A DNA stretch of 64,000 nucleotides, taken from assembly GCA_028868375.1 (NCBI GenBank), contig JAGWUP010000009.1, forward strand, positions 32,538 to 96,537. Direction: 5' to 3'. Shown here piece after piece: positions 9,293-18,507 of this stretch. Origin of the DNA: Elusimicrobiota bacterium. GTDB taxonomy: Bacteria > Elusimicrobiota > Elusimicrobia > UBA1565 > UBA9628. The notes under the pieces were generated by a model. The model was given only the letters and a program-made list of their open reading frames with translations, searched no databases and had not been told where the DNA came from. Numbering within the stretch: position 1 is the first letter of the stretch; every line of letters begins with the position of its first letter. A program made the position numbers and the translations under genes.

Positions 9293-9759
9293 CTGGCCGC
9301 CCCCTCCATCAGCGATAAAGCGTCCGTGCGGGATGGAGGCGGACCGGAGAGCCAAGCGAAAAAGCCGGCGCCGTCCGGCTCTGTTAAGAGAAGCGCCACG
9401 GCCGGATCGCGCGGCGACGAGGCGGGCGCGGCCAGCAGGAGCGCTGCGGCCAGCCCCAGGCCGAAAGCGGGAGCCAGCCAGCGCGGCGCAAGCCAAGACC
9501 AGGCGGGCCTTGACTCCGCCTTGGCCTTTACGGCCGCCATCACGCGGCGCGCAAAGGCCGCCGTCTCCGCCTCGTTCGCCGGCGCCTGCGCCCTAAAAAG
9601 CCGGGAAGAAGCCTCCCTCCAAGCCGCCAACTCCTGCCGGCACTCGCCGCAAGCCGCCAGATGGCTCTCGAAGGAACTGCGCCTCTCTAGCGGCAGCTCG
9701 CCGTCGTAGAACTCCCAGAGCGCCTCTTGCGCTTCCTCGTGTTCCATTCCCCCCTCCAT
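9289..9759 (-). CDS. anti-sigma factor, zinc-finger (ZAS, HxxxCxxC) type with C-terminal TM segment
   Basis: HLAACGECRQEL motif, a C-terminal hydrophobic stretch, and a position 4 nt downstream of the ECF sigma gene. Confidence 0.65.
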   Translation of the reverse strand: MEGGMEHEEAQEALWEFYDGELPLERRSSFESHLAACGECRQELAAWREASSRLFRAQAPANEAETAAFARRVMAAVKAKAESRPAWSWLAPRWLAPAFGLGLAAALLLAAPASSPRDPAVALLLTEPDGAGFFAWLSGPPPSRTDALSLMEGAAR

Positions 9760-9762
9760 CGA

Positions 9763-10362
9763 TTAGACGTCCTCCGGGGCGACTAAGTGCCGCAGCCGCT
9801 CCAGCAGATCTCGCCGCGCCCTCTGGAGGCGGGCCTTGACGGAATCCAGGGAGCAGTCCATCGTCTCGGCGATCTCCTCATAGCTGAGCCCGTTGAGCTC
9901 GCGCAGGGTCAGGATCAGCCGATAGGCCCGCGGCAGGCCGCCCAAGGCCGCCTCGAGGAGCTGCCTGTCCGCCAGAGCCGGCTCCGGGCCGGGAGCGGCC
10001 GGCAGGCGCAAGGCCGCTCCGGGGTCCTCCAGGGCCGCGTCGAGAGAGCGCGCCCCGGAACGCCCCATGCGCCTGCGCCAGTCGAGGCATTTGTTGGCGG
10101 CGATGCGGTAAAGCCAGCTAGAGAAGGCGCAGTCGCCGCGAAAATCTCCCAGGGCGGAGTAGGCCTTGAGAAAGGCCTCCTGCGCCGCGTCCTCGGCAGC
10201 CTCGGGCAGCAGCGAGCGGCACAGGGCGATGATCCGCGGGTGGTGGCGCCTGATCAGCTCGGCATAGGCGCCGTCGTCTCCCGCCTTGACCCGAGCGACG
10301 AGTTCCAAATCGGTGATGAGAGGGATATTACTATATGCCGATGATGGACGCCCGCCGCTCAA
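9763..10362 (-). CDS. ECF-type RNA polymerase sigma factor (sigma-70 family)
   Basis: Region 2 (AQEAFLKAYSALGDF, WLYRIAANKCLDWRRR) and region 4 (LSYEEIAETMDCSLDSVKARLQRAR). Start is uncertain (a TTG at 10362 or downstream). Confidence 0.85.
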   Translation of the reverse strand: MSGGRPSSAYSNIPLITDLELVARVKAGDDGAYAELIRRHHPRIIALCRSLLPEAAEDAAQEAFLKAYSALGDFRGDCAFSSWLYRIAANKCLDWRRRMGRSGARSLDAALEDPGAALRLPAAPGPEPALADRQLLEAALGGLPRAYRLILTLRELNGLSYEEIAETMDCSLDSVKARLQRARRDLLERLRHLVAPEDV

Positions 10363-11015
10363 AGCGCTACAGTGTCTGCATGCGCGACGATCGCGGCAAG
10401 GACAAGGGCGGCGTGCTCGCCGAGCATGGAAGCTGGGAGGCGGTCTATCGCGACCTCAAGCCGGAGGAGCTTCCCTGGAATGCGGGGGGACCGGACCCGG
10501 AGCTCGTCTCGCTCGTGGACTCCGGGGCGATCCCCGTCGGCCGCGCCATCGACATCGGCGCCGGGCCGGGTCACGACGCGATTTTCCTGGCCAAGCGCGG
10601 CTTCCGCGTGCTCGCCTTAGACATCGCCGCCTCCGCCATAGAGCTGGCGAAAGCCAACGCCAAGAAAGCCCGCGTAGGGGTCGCCATCGATTTCAGGGTC
10701 GAGGACGTCCTCAAGCTCTCCTCGCCTCCCGGCTCGGCCACCTTCGTCAACGACCGCGGCTGTTTTCACGTCCTGCCGGAACACCAGCGACGCGACTACC
10801 TGCGGCGGATCGGCGACGTCCTGGTCCGCGGCGGCCAGCTGCTGCTGAGGACCTTCAGCGAGAAGGAGCCGCCGGGTCCCGGGCCGCATCGCTTCACCGG
10901 CGAGCAGTTGGAGCGGATATTCTTTCCCCGCTTCGACTTCCTGCGCATGAAGGAAGGCCTCTTCGAGGGACCCCGCAAGCCCAAGGCACTGGTCTGTCTG
11001 CTGCGCAAAAAGTAG
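10335..11015 (+). CDS. class I SAM-dependent methyltransferase (TehB/TPMT-like)
   Basis: SAM-binding motif I AIDIGAGPGHDAIFLAKRG and post-I acidic LALDIA. The true start may be the ATG at 10379, which would avoid overlap with the divergent sigma gene. Confidence 0.7.
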   Translation: MPMMDARRSKRYSVCMRDDRGKDKGGVLAEHGSWEAVYRDLKPEELPWNAGGPDPELVSLVDSGAIPVGRAIDIGAGPGHDAIFLAKRGFRVLALDIAASAIELAKANAKKARVGVAIDFRVEDVLKLSSPPGSATFVNDRGCFHVLPEHQRRDYLRRIGDVLVRGGQLLLRTFSEKEPPGPGPHRFTGEQLERIFFPRFDFLRMKEGLFEGPRKPKALVCLLRKK

Positions 11016-11020
11016 CCGCG

Positions 11021-11896
11021 CTAGGGCGTTCCCGGCTCAGGCCGTCCCGCCGTCCCCACGCTCAACACCGGAAGACTCGAGTAGCGCAAGAGGCGCTGGA
11101 CCGTCATACCGAATCTCCATTCGCGCCAGAAGGGCTTGCGGTGCGCGGCCATGACGATGAGGTCGTAGCCGCCCAGCTCCGCCTCGCGCAGGATGGCTTC
11201 GGCAGGCTCGTAACGCGAGTGCTGGGCGATGAAGAGCGCCGAGCCGGCCGTCAGTTCTTCGACGTGCCGCCGCAGCTCATGCGCGGATTGCTCTTCCAGG
11301 GCTGATTCCGCCACATGGAGGACCCCTAGCGAAGCCTTCACGCTGCGCGCGAAAGCATCGGCATAAAGCAGGGCGCGGTCAGCGTAGTCTGTGAACTTCA
11401 TCGGGACCAGGACCTTCCTGGGCCAGCCGCCGTCGCTCCAGCGCGGCACGACCAACACCGGCACCCCGGTCTCGGCGATGACGGCCTCGGCGGTGGAGCC
11501 CAACACGGCCCTCGAAATGCCGGAGCGGCCGTGCGTGCCCATGGCGATCAATCCGCAGGAGCGCTCCCGTGCCGCTTCGACGATGGCCTCATCCGCGGGC
11601 CCATCCCTCACCCAGCAGGGTAAATCCGTTCCGGCGAATGTCTGCATCCTCATTTGCAGGCGACGGCGAAAGTCATCCAATTGCCGTCGTTCCTCCTGCG
11701 TGCCCTCGTTCTGGTTGAGGAAGGCCGGGATGTCCGCCGCACAGAGCAGCTCCAAGCGCGCGCTCCAGCGCTCCGCCAAGGCGCGCGCGGCGCACAGGGC
11801 AGCCACGGAGCGCCGACGGAGGTCGACGGCGCAGAGTATCCTCTCCGCCGGAGCCGTGACCATCGCCTCCTTGGAGGCTTGAGTCTGAGTCGTCAT
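11021..11896 (-). CDS. universal stress protein, tandem UspA domains
   Basis: Two USP domains with the G-x2-G-x9-G(S/T) ATP motifs HGRSGISRAVLGSTAE. Start set at MTTQTQ. Confidence 0.75.
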   Translation of the reverse strand: MTTQTQASKEAMVTAPAERILCAVDLRRRSVAALCAARALAERWSARLELLCAADIPAFLNQNEGTQEERRQLDDFRRRLQMRMQTFAGTDLPCWVRDGPADEAIVEAARERSCGLIAMGTHGRSGISRAVLGSTAEAVIAETGVPVLVVPRWSDGGWPRKVLVPMKFTDYADRALLYADAFARSVKASLGVLHVAESALEEQSAHELRRHVEELTAGSALFIAQHSRYEPAEAILREAELGGYDLIVMAAHRKPFWREWRFGMTVQRLLRYSSLPVLSVGTAGRPEPGTP

Positions 11897-11909
11897 GGAC
11901 CCCCCTCGC

Positions 11910-12806
11910 TCAACTGCTGGCGCCCAGGGCCTCCAGGCGTCGCTCCACTTGGGCCGCGCGCCCGGCCTGCCCGCAGCGCATAAATCCATCCCGCGCCTCC
12001 TGCAGGCATATGCGGGCCAAACGCGTCGTCTCCCGAGGATCCGGTTGGCAGGAGGCTAATTGGAGATAGCCGCCGGCCCGATTGAGTTGGGTGGCGGCGT
12101 ACTCGCAAGGATATCGGCTCTTTGAGCGTACCCTCAAGGCACGCTCAAAATGGCGCAGAGCGCGGCAGGCGTTTTGTTGCGGCCGTGCCGCGCCAGCGCA
12201 AAGACCCAAGAATGCGCTGCCCAAACCGTCGTGCAATCGCGCGTTTTTAAGCGGCATCAGCTGGAATGTAAAGACGCGCAGTGCTCTCCGGTAGCAGTCG
12301 ATCGCCTTAAGCGTGCTGGCCTTCCGGTCCTTAGAGGGCAGCTCGCGATATGCGATCGCCAAATTCTCAAGCGCGTCCGCGTAGAGCGCCGGAACCTGCC
12401 GGCGCGTCAACACCACCAAGGCCGCCTCGTAATGAAACACCGCATCCTCCCATGCCTTGGGAAAACCAGCCCCGGCCAAGCGGCGGCAAGCCTCGCCCTG
12501 CTTGCAGCGCTGCCGGGCCCAAGCGTCGATTTCTTCTTTCCTCATATATATCGCAGCCGCCGCTCCAAAACAAAGAATCGCCTCGCCGAAGCGCTCCTCC
12601 GGCTCTAGCCCCAGCCCCAGCGAGGCGCGGCCAAGCAGGTCGAGAAGCCTGGCTCTGGGCAAGCCCCCCCCGCCGGAAGCCAATCGCCGGCGCATGCCGC
12701 GCAGAAGCGTCAGCGCGACTCCACTCAGACGCCCCAGCATCCTCTCGCGCATATGCCTCCAGCGCGTCACGTTATTGAAGCCCGCAACGCGCCTGCCAGG
12801 GCGCAA
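11910..12806 (-). CDS. hypothetical protein, helical/TPR-like repeats
   Basis: ORF with repeated A-x-x-Y/AL-R helical hairpin patterns. No confident family. Confidence 0.35.
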   Translation of the reverse strand: MRPGRRVAGFNNVTRWRHMRERMLGRLSGVALTLLRGMRRRLASGGGGLPRARLLDLLGRASLGLGLEPEERFGEAILCFGAAAAIYMRKEEIDAWARQRCKQGEACRRLAGAGFPKAWEDAVFHYEAALVVLTRRQVPALYADALENLAIAYRELPSKDRKASTLKAIDCYRRALRVFTFQLMPLKNARLHDGLGSAFLGLCAGAARPQQNACRALRHFERALRVRSKSRYPCEYAATQLNRAGGYLQLASCQPDPRETTRLARICLQEARDGFMRCGQAGRAAQVERRLEALGASS

Positions 12807-12836
12807 GTTGCTCGCTAGGCCGCGGCCTTAGAGCCT

Positions 12837-13109
12837 ATCCCATAACTACAAGGCCACTCGGAGGGCCGAGTCCGCGACGATTTCGAGAAGCGAGGAGGGA
12901 GCATAGCGATAGCTATGTGACCGACGAGCGACGAAGAAATCGGCCGGAATCGGCCCTCCCTTCCCTTAAATCAAAAAAGAGGGGTCGAGCGCTTTCGGTC
13001 CCTGGCTGCATTGCTCATCGCTTACATGCCTATCGGCATGCTCGCTCTTCGCGCCTTGCCAGAAACCAAAAGCGCTCGACCAAGTGGCCTTGTAGTTATG
13101 GGATAGGCT
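12837..13109. repeat. 29-bp perfect inverted repeat (AGAGCCTATCCCATAACTACAAGGCCACT) flanking a ~222-bp spacer, immediately 3' of actF
   Basis: Left arm at 12840-12868 and its reverse complement at 13082-13110, read directly from the sequence. An inner small hairpin catgcc-tatc-ggcatg lies near 13026. Confidence 0.7.
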
Positions 13110-13110
13110 C

Positions 13111-14268
13111 TTAGGCGTGGTGGTGGAGGCTTTCGACGAGGTAGGGATCGCGCAGAGCCACCGGGGGAGCGGCGCTGAAGGTTCGGTCGAAGAGCAGGAT
13201 GAAGAGTCCGCCCGCCCCCAAGAATGCCCCCACCTCAAGCCAGCCGAACTGCGGATGAATGGTGACGGAGGGGCCGACCAAAAGGTAGAGATCGAGGCAG
13301 CGGCCGAAGAGCAGCAAAATGCAAACGGAAAATAAGCGGCGGATGCGCTTCTTTTGTCCGGCCGGCAAAAGAAGGGCGAAGGGCAAGGCGAAATTCACGA
13401 TCGGGTTGAGCCAGAAAAGAGGCTTCCAGCCGTTCGCCATGCGCGTGACGTAGTGGGCCGTCTCCTCGGGGAGATTGGAATACCAGATCAGAAGGTACTG
13501 GCAGAACCAAAGGTAGGCCCAGAAACAAGAAAAGGCGAAGAGGTACTTGCCAAGATCGTGGAAGTGGTGGGAGTTGAGCTCCCGATAGAGGCCGCGGCGA
13601 TGCAACAGCAGAAGAAGAAGGACCATCACGGCCAGCCCGGCCATGAACAAGCCGGAGAAAAGGTACCAAGGATAGATCGTGCTGTACCAGTCCGGCTCCA
13701 GGGACATGATCCAGAGAATCGCCGCCGCGGTGAAGGTCAGGGAAAAGGCGACGAGAAAGGCGGCGGAGACGCGCATCGCCCGCTCGCTTAAGTCCGCGCC
13801 GTCCCGCTCGTCCTGCGCCCGGGAAAGGCGGATCAAGGAGCGCGAGAGTCCGTACCAGACGGCGAAGCAGACGGCGGAGATGATGAAGAAGGAGACGGGA
13901 TTGAGAAACGCCGTCTTGGCGCGCAAAACGGGGTCTGCGGCCACCGTGGCGCTGTCGGCCCAAGGATAAAGCTTGCCGACGCCGAAGCATTGCAGGGCCA
14001 TCAACGCGGCGCCGACCGGCAGGTAGGCGCCCATGGCCTCCGGCACGCGGCAGAAGAGCGCCGACCAGCCGGCGCTGGACAGACGCTGGATCGCGGCGAA
14101 GACGAGCCCCCCCAAAGCCACGCAAACGAAGAAAAAGTTCGCCATCAGCAGAGCGCTCCAGGCGCGCCTCGGCTCCAGGAGCAAGCCCGCCGCCAGCACG
14201 GCGGCTGCCGCCGCCGCCAGAATGCCGAGCGTCCTCCTCTGATTTTCGTCCAATAGTCTAGCGGTCAT
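13111..14268 (-). CDS. actF: alternative complex III subunit ActF (NrfD-like integral membrane subunit)
   Basis: About 10 TM helices with NrfD/PsrC-like hydropathy, as the last gene of the act cluster. The ATG at 14268 overlaps the upstream stop (ATGA). Confidence 0.7.
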   Translation of the reverse strand: MTARLLDENQRRTLGILAAAAAAVLAAGLLLEPRRAWSALLMANFFFVCVALGGLVFAAIQRLSSAGWSALFCRVPEAMGAYLPVGAALMALQCFGVGKLYPWADSATVAADPVLRAKTAFLNPVSFFIISAVCFAVWYGLSRSLIRLSRAQDERDGADLSERAMRVSAAFLVAFSLTFTAAAILWIMSLEPDWYSTIYPWYLFSGLFMAGLAVMVLLLLLLHRRGLYRELNSHHFHDLGKYLFAFSCFWAYLWFCQYLLIWYSNLPEETAHYVTRMANGWKPLFWLNPIVNFALPFALLLPAGQKKRIRRLFSVCILLLFGRCLDLYLLVGPSVTIHPQFGWLEVGAFLGAGGLFILLFDRTFSAAPPVALRDPYLVESLHHHA

Positions 14269-16610
14269 GATGAGGGCTTCCCCGTTTCCCATGTCCTGAG
14301 GTATGCCACGATCTCGCGAATCTCGTCGGCCGACAGGGCCCGCACGCCCGGAGCGCCCAAGGCGAAAGGAGGCATCGGCGTGCCCGGACGCCCCATCGCG
14401 ATCGTCGCCAGCAGGAAGTTGTCGTCAGCCGCCTTTAGGAAGCCTGGATTATGCAAAGAGGGTCCGTAGTCGCCAGCTTCCAAGCCGTGCTTGCCCAATC
14501 CCCCCTCGCCGTGGCAGCGGGCGCAGTTCTGCTTGAAAAGGGCGCGGCCGCGCAGCGCCAGGGCCGGGGAGCGGTCGACCTCGCGCCGCTCGACGGGCGG
14601 ATGCCCGGAAAAGCTCATGAGATAGGTCGCCACGCTTTCGATGTCGTCTTCCGACAAATGGACCTTGCCGCTGTAAAAGGACGGCATGGGGGTATGATCG
14701 CGCCCGAGAACGAGGGTCGCCGCGATGAAACCGGCCGAGGCCACCCGCTGGAAGCCGGGCGCCCCCAGAGACGGCCCGCTGCCGCCCTGGGCGTGCTCGC
14801 CATGGCATTTCGCGCAGCCGGCCTTGCTGTGGAAGATCTCGTTGCCGTCGTCGGCGAAGGACCAGGAGAAGGTCGGCTTGAGGATCTCGGCGGGCGGATG
14901 CCTTTGAATTTGGCGCAAGTAGGCGATGACGTTATCGATATCGCCGACGCTCAGGGGATCGCGATCCCGATGCAGGAAGCCCTTCATCTCCGTTCCCCGC
15001 TTGCCGTGGGCGATCGTCTGGAAGAGGAAATCGTCGCTGACTTGGGTGCCGAAGGTGGGATTGCCGATCTGGGCGCCGACGTCGCCGGAGCCTCCGGCCA
15101 TGTGGCACTTCTGGCAGTTCGCCTTAAAGAGCGCCTGGCCAAGCTTCGGATCCCCGGAGATCGTCTTATTGGAGAGCGCGACGGAGGGCTCCGTCTGCCA
15201 GGAGCGGATGTGCGTGATGACGGCCGCAAGCTCCGCGGCGGAGAGCTGGCGCCAAGCGGGCATCGCGGTCTGCGGCCTTCCCTCGGTGATCACGTTATAA
15301 AGGAAGTGGTTGTCGGCCATCGAAAGGAAAGAGGGGCTGTTGAGGCGCGAGCCGATGCCGCCATCCCCATTCTGGCCGTGGCAGCCGGCGCAGCGCATCG
15401 CGAAGACGCGCGCTCCCTGGGCATTGGTGACGCGCGGCAGGAGGCGCTGGACCCGGGACCAGGACGGCGGCCTCGAGCGCCAGCTCTGGATCGCGGCGGA
15501 CAGATCGGCGACATCGGAAGCCTTCAAGCCGTAGGCCGCCGGCATCGCGGTATGGGGGCGTCCCCAAGCGATCGTCTCCCGCAGGAAACGCTTGGAGGCG
15601 ATGGAAAGGAAGGCGGGGCCGTTGAGGGAATTGCCGATGCCGCCCTGGCCGTTGCGGCCATGGCAGCCGGCGCAGCGCTTGGCAAAAAGGGCCTTCCCTT
15701 GAACGGCGTCGCCTCGGGCGGCCACCAGGCTGGCCGCGCTCGGGGCCGGCGTCGCCCAGGAGCGGATGTAGCGGACCAAGCTTTCGATCTGCGTCGGCGT
15801 CAAGGCCCCGCCCCAAGCCGGCATCGCGGTCCCCGCCCGCCCATGGGTTATGGTCTGACGGTAGTAATTATTGTCGGCGACGGCCAAGACGCTGGGCTGA
15901 TGCAGCGTCGGCACGCCATGCTGCGGATGAAGCCCTTCTTGGCCGTGGCAGACGGCGCAATGCTGGGCGAAGAGCTCCTTGCCGTAGCCGGCGGAGACGA
16001 GGGAGTCGCGGCGGGAGTCCTCCAAGGGGCTGCGCGGATAGGCGTGTCTGGCGATCTCCTGGCGCTGCAGGTTGCGCAGGTAGAGGATGATCTTCCAGCG
16101 ATCCTTCTGGGGAATTTGCGAGCCGTGCGCCGGCATCATGTTGAAGCCGTAGGTGATGACGTCGAAGATCGTGCCGTCCTTGAGGGCGTAGACCGATGGG
16201 GTCGCGATCGGAAAGGAAAAGGCCGGAAACAACTTGGCGACCGGACCGTCGCCCAGCCCCTCCTGCCCATGGCAGTGGGAGCAGTAGGCCTGGAAAAGCT
16301 GTTTGCCCTGGATCAGATTCTGGTAGGTCGGCAGCAATGGGTTCTTGAGCTCGCGGCCGGCAAGCTCGCGCCCCGCCGCGCCCGGACCGTAGGGCAGGGG
16401 CATGTAGCCGCGCGGGATGGTGCCGGGAACCGGCGGCTGCTCGGTGCGTCCGCCGGGCAAAACGGAATTTGGCATCTGGGATTTGTAGGCCTTCGAGTAG
16501 ACCATGTCGTTGAAAAGCCGCCAATGCGGCTCCTGCAAATCCCGCCGCACGGCCAGCACCATCGCCACCGCCGCCAGGACCAGGGCCGCCGGAGCCAGGA
16601 AACGCTTCAT
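14265..16610 (-). CDS. heptaheme c-type cytochrome built of seven tandem class-I cytochrome c domains, occupying the ActE position of ACIII
   Basis: Signal peptide, then seven CxxCH motifs: CSHCH, CAVCH, CAGCH, CAGCH, CQKCH, CAKCH and CARCH. Each is preceded by G..LF and followed by GxGG and a Met-ligand region (TAMPAW, TEMKGF, TPMPSF, TPMPPF). Confidence 0.8.
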   Translation of the reverse strand: MKRFLAPAALVLAAVAMVLAVRRDLQEPHWRLFNDMVYSKAYKSQMPNSVLPGGRTEQPPVPGTIPRGYMPLPYGPGAAGRELAGRELKNPLLPTYQNLIQGKQLFQAYCSHCHGQEGLGDGPVAKLFPAFSFPIATPSVYALKDGTIFDVITYGFNMMPAHGSQIPQKDRWKIILYLRNLQRQEIARHAYPRSPLEDSRRDSLVSAGYGKELFAQHCAVCHGQEGLHPQHGVPTLHQPSVLAVADNNYYRQTITHGRAGTAMPAWGGALTPTQIESLVRYIRSWATPAPSAASLVAARGDAVQGKALFAKRCAGCHGRNGQGGIGNSLNGPAFLSIASKRFLRETIAWGRPHTAMPAAYGLKASDVADLSAAIQSWRSRPPSWSRVQRLLPRVTNAQGARVFAMRCAGCHGQNGDGGIGSRLNSPSFLSMADNHFLYNVITEGRPQTAMPAWRQLSAAELAAVITHIRSWQTEPSVALSNKTISGDPKLGQALFKANCQKCHMAGGSGDVGAQIGNPTFGTQVSDDFLFQTIAHGKRGTEMKGFLHRDRDPLSVGDIDNVIAYLRQIQRHPPAEILKPTFSWSFADDGNEIFHSKAGCAKCHGEHAQGGSGPSLGAPGFQRVASAGFIAATLVLGRDHTPMPSFYSGKVHLSEDDIESVATYLMSFSGHPPVERREVDRSPALALRGRALFKQNCARCHGEGGLGKHGLEAGDYGPSLHNPGFLKAADDNFLLATIAMGRPGTPMPPFALGAPGVRALSADEIREIVAYLRTWETGKPSS

Positions 16611-17137
16611 GAGCCGGCTCCCGTCTCCACGACCCTGGACGCCCCCTGCTCCTCGAGGAAGCGCTGCACGACGCCCTCGCCGACCCCATCCGGCCCCTCG
16701 CGAAAGGTCAGCAGGAAGCGATCGTCAAGGGCGCCCAAGCCCTCCATGGCAGGACGGCGGCCGGGATGGAGGCGGCGCATGCGCATGAAGGTGGCGACCG
16801 TCCCCAGGCCGGCGATCAGCACGGTCAGCTCGAAGGCGATCGGGATGAGCGCTGGAGAGGCGTCGTAGGACTTGCCGCCGATGTTCAACGGCCAGTCGAA
16901 GACGCTGACCCAATATTGAAAGGAAAGGGCGGCGGTCAAGCCGATGGCGCCGAAGAGGAGGCAGAAGCGCGGCAAGGGCGAGGGCGCAAGACCCAGGGCC
17001 TCGTCCATGCCGTGGACCGGATAGGGCGTATAAGCGTCATGGACCGGCAGGCCGGCGGCTCGCGCCAGGCGGGCCGCGCGAAGCAGCTTCGTCTCCGATT
17101 CGAAGACGCCGACCACGAAACGATGCGGATGCGTCAT
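16607..17137 (-). CDS. actD: alternative complex III subunit ActD (DUF3341 membrane protein)
   Basis: 176 aa with two TM helices and the ActD-like PYPVHGMDEALG segment. Translationally coupled to both neighbours. Confidence 0.7.
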   Translation of the reverse strand: MTHPHRFVVGVFESETKLLRAARLARAAGLPVHDAYTPYPVHGMDEALGLAPSPLPRFCLLFGAIGLTAALSFQYWVSVFDWPLNIGGKSYDASPALIPIAFELTVLIAGLGTVATFMRMRRLHPGRRPAMEGLGALDDRFLLTFREGPDGVGEGVVQRFLEEQGASRVVETGAGS

Positions 17138-18507
17138 GCCTCCACCCCGGGGGCGTCCTTGGCGTAATGCAGCACGCTCTTGACCTCGCTCATCGCGATG
17201 ACCGGCAGCACGCGGCAGAAGAGGAAGAAGCAGGTGAAGAACAGCCCGAAGCTGCCGATGAGAGTGCCCACCTCGATATAGGTCGGATAGTACATCCGCC
17301 AGCTCGAGGGCAGGAAATCGCGATGCAGGGAGACCGTGATGATGACCCAGCGCTCAAGCCACATGCCGACGTTGATGAGGATCGAGATCACCCAGACCTT
17401 CCAAGGCGTCCTGCGCACGCGCTTGAACCAAAGGGCCTGCGGCGCGAAGACGTTGCAGAACACCATCGTCCAGTAGAAGGGCCAGTAGGGCCCGCGCATC
17501 CGGTTGACCGTCGAGAAGCGCTCGAAGGGATTGACGCTGTACCAGGAGGTGAACAGCTCCGTGGCGTAGGCCAAGCCCACGATCAGCGAGGTCAAGAGGG
17601 TGATCTTGCACATGGCGTCGATGTGCTCGATGGTGATGTAGGCCTCCAGGCGCATCACCTTGCGGGCGATGATCAAGAGGGTCAGGACCATCGCGAAGCC
17701 CGAGAAGATGGCCCCGCAGACGAAATAGGGCGGAAAGATGGTGCTGTGCCAGCCGGGCAAGATCGAGGTCGCGAAGTCGAAGCTGACGATGGTGTGCACC
17801 GAGAAGACCAGCGGGGTCGCCAGGCCGGCCAGCAGGAGGTACATCGACTCGTAGTGAGACCAGGTCCGCTGCGAGCCGTCCCAGCCGAGGCTCAGGCCCC
17901 GATAGAGCGTCTTACGCCAGCCCCGCGGCAGCCGCGCGGCCAGCGTCGCCAAGTCGGGCAGCAGACCGATGTACCAGAAGGTCGCCGAGATCGTGAAGTA
18001 GGTGCTGATGGCGAAGAAATCCCATAGCAGCGGGGAGCGGAAGTTGACCCAGAGAGGACCCCTGGGGTTGGGGTAGGGCACCACCCAATAGGCCAGCCAG
18101 GGACGGCCCATGTGGATCAATGGGAAAAGCGCGGCGCACATGACGGCGAAGAGGGTCATCGCCTCGGCCGAGCGGTTGATGGAGTTGCGCCAGCGCTGGC
18201 GGAACAGGAAAAGAATGGCGGAGATGAGCGTGCCGGCATGGCCGATACCGACCCAGAATACGAAGTTGGTGATGTCGAAGGACCAGCCGATCGTCTTGTT
18301 GAGGCCCCAGGTGCCGATGCCGGTCCACACCTGGTCGATGACCATGATCAGGCCCGTGAGCAGGGCCGTGGACGACAGGCCGAAACCCAGCCACCACAGG
18401 CGCGTCGGGGTGCGGTCCAGTGGATCGCAGACGTCGCGCGTGACGTCCGCGCAGGTCTTGTCGCCCTCGACCAGCGGCTTTCTCAACAGAGACAGGGTTG
18501 AGGTCAT
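17134..18507 (-). CDS. actC: alternative complex III subunit ActC (NrfD/PsrC-family quinol-interacting membrane subunit)
   Basis: MTSTLSLLRKPLVEG start (TGATG overlap with actB), then about 10 TM helices with polysulfide-reductase NrfD-like conservation (WGLNKTIGWSFDITNFVFWVGIGHAGT). Confidence 0.85.
   Translation of the reverse strand: MTSTLSLLRKPLVEGDKTCADVTRDVCDPLDRTPTRLWWLGFGLSSTALLTGLIMVIDQVWTGIGTWGLNKTIGWSFDITNFVFWVGIGHAGTLISAILFLFRQRWRNSINRSAEAMTLFAVMCAALFPLIHMGRPWLAYWVVPYPNPRGPLWVNFRSPLLWDFFAISTYFTISATFWYIGLLPDLATLAARLPRGWRKTLYRGLSLGWDGSQRTWSHYESMYLLLAGLATPLVFSVHTIVSFDFATSILPGWHSTIFPPYFVCGAIFSGFAMVLTLLIIARKVMRLEAYITIEHIDAMCKITLLTSLIVGLAYATELFTSWYSVNPFERFSTVNRMRGPYWPFYWTMVFCNVFAPQALWFKRVRRTPWKVWVISILINVGMWLERWVIITVSLHRDFLPSSWRMYYPTYIEVGTLIGSFGLFFTCFFLFCRVLPVIAMSEVKSVLHYAKDAPGVEA

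Noticed and set aside
14451-16868. 805-aa plus-strand ORF
   Set aside because: It is antisense to the heptaheme cytochrome gene, has no family features, and its composition is Arg/Ala/Gly-rich as expected for GC-rich antisense frames. The minus-strand gene has CxxCH motifs, a signal peptide and operon coupling.
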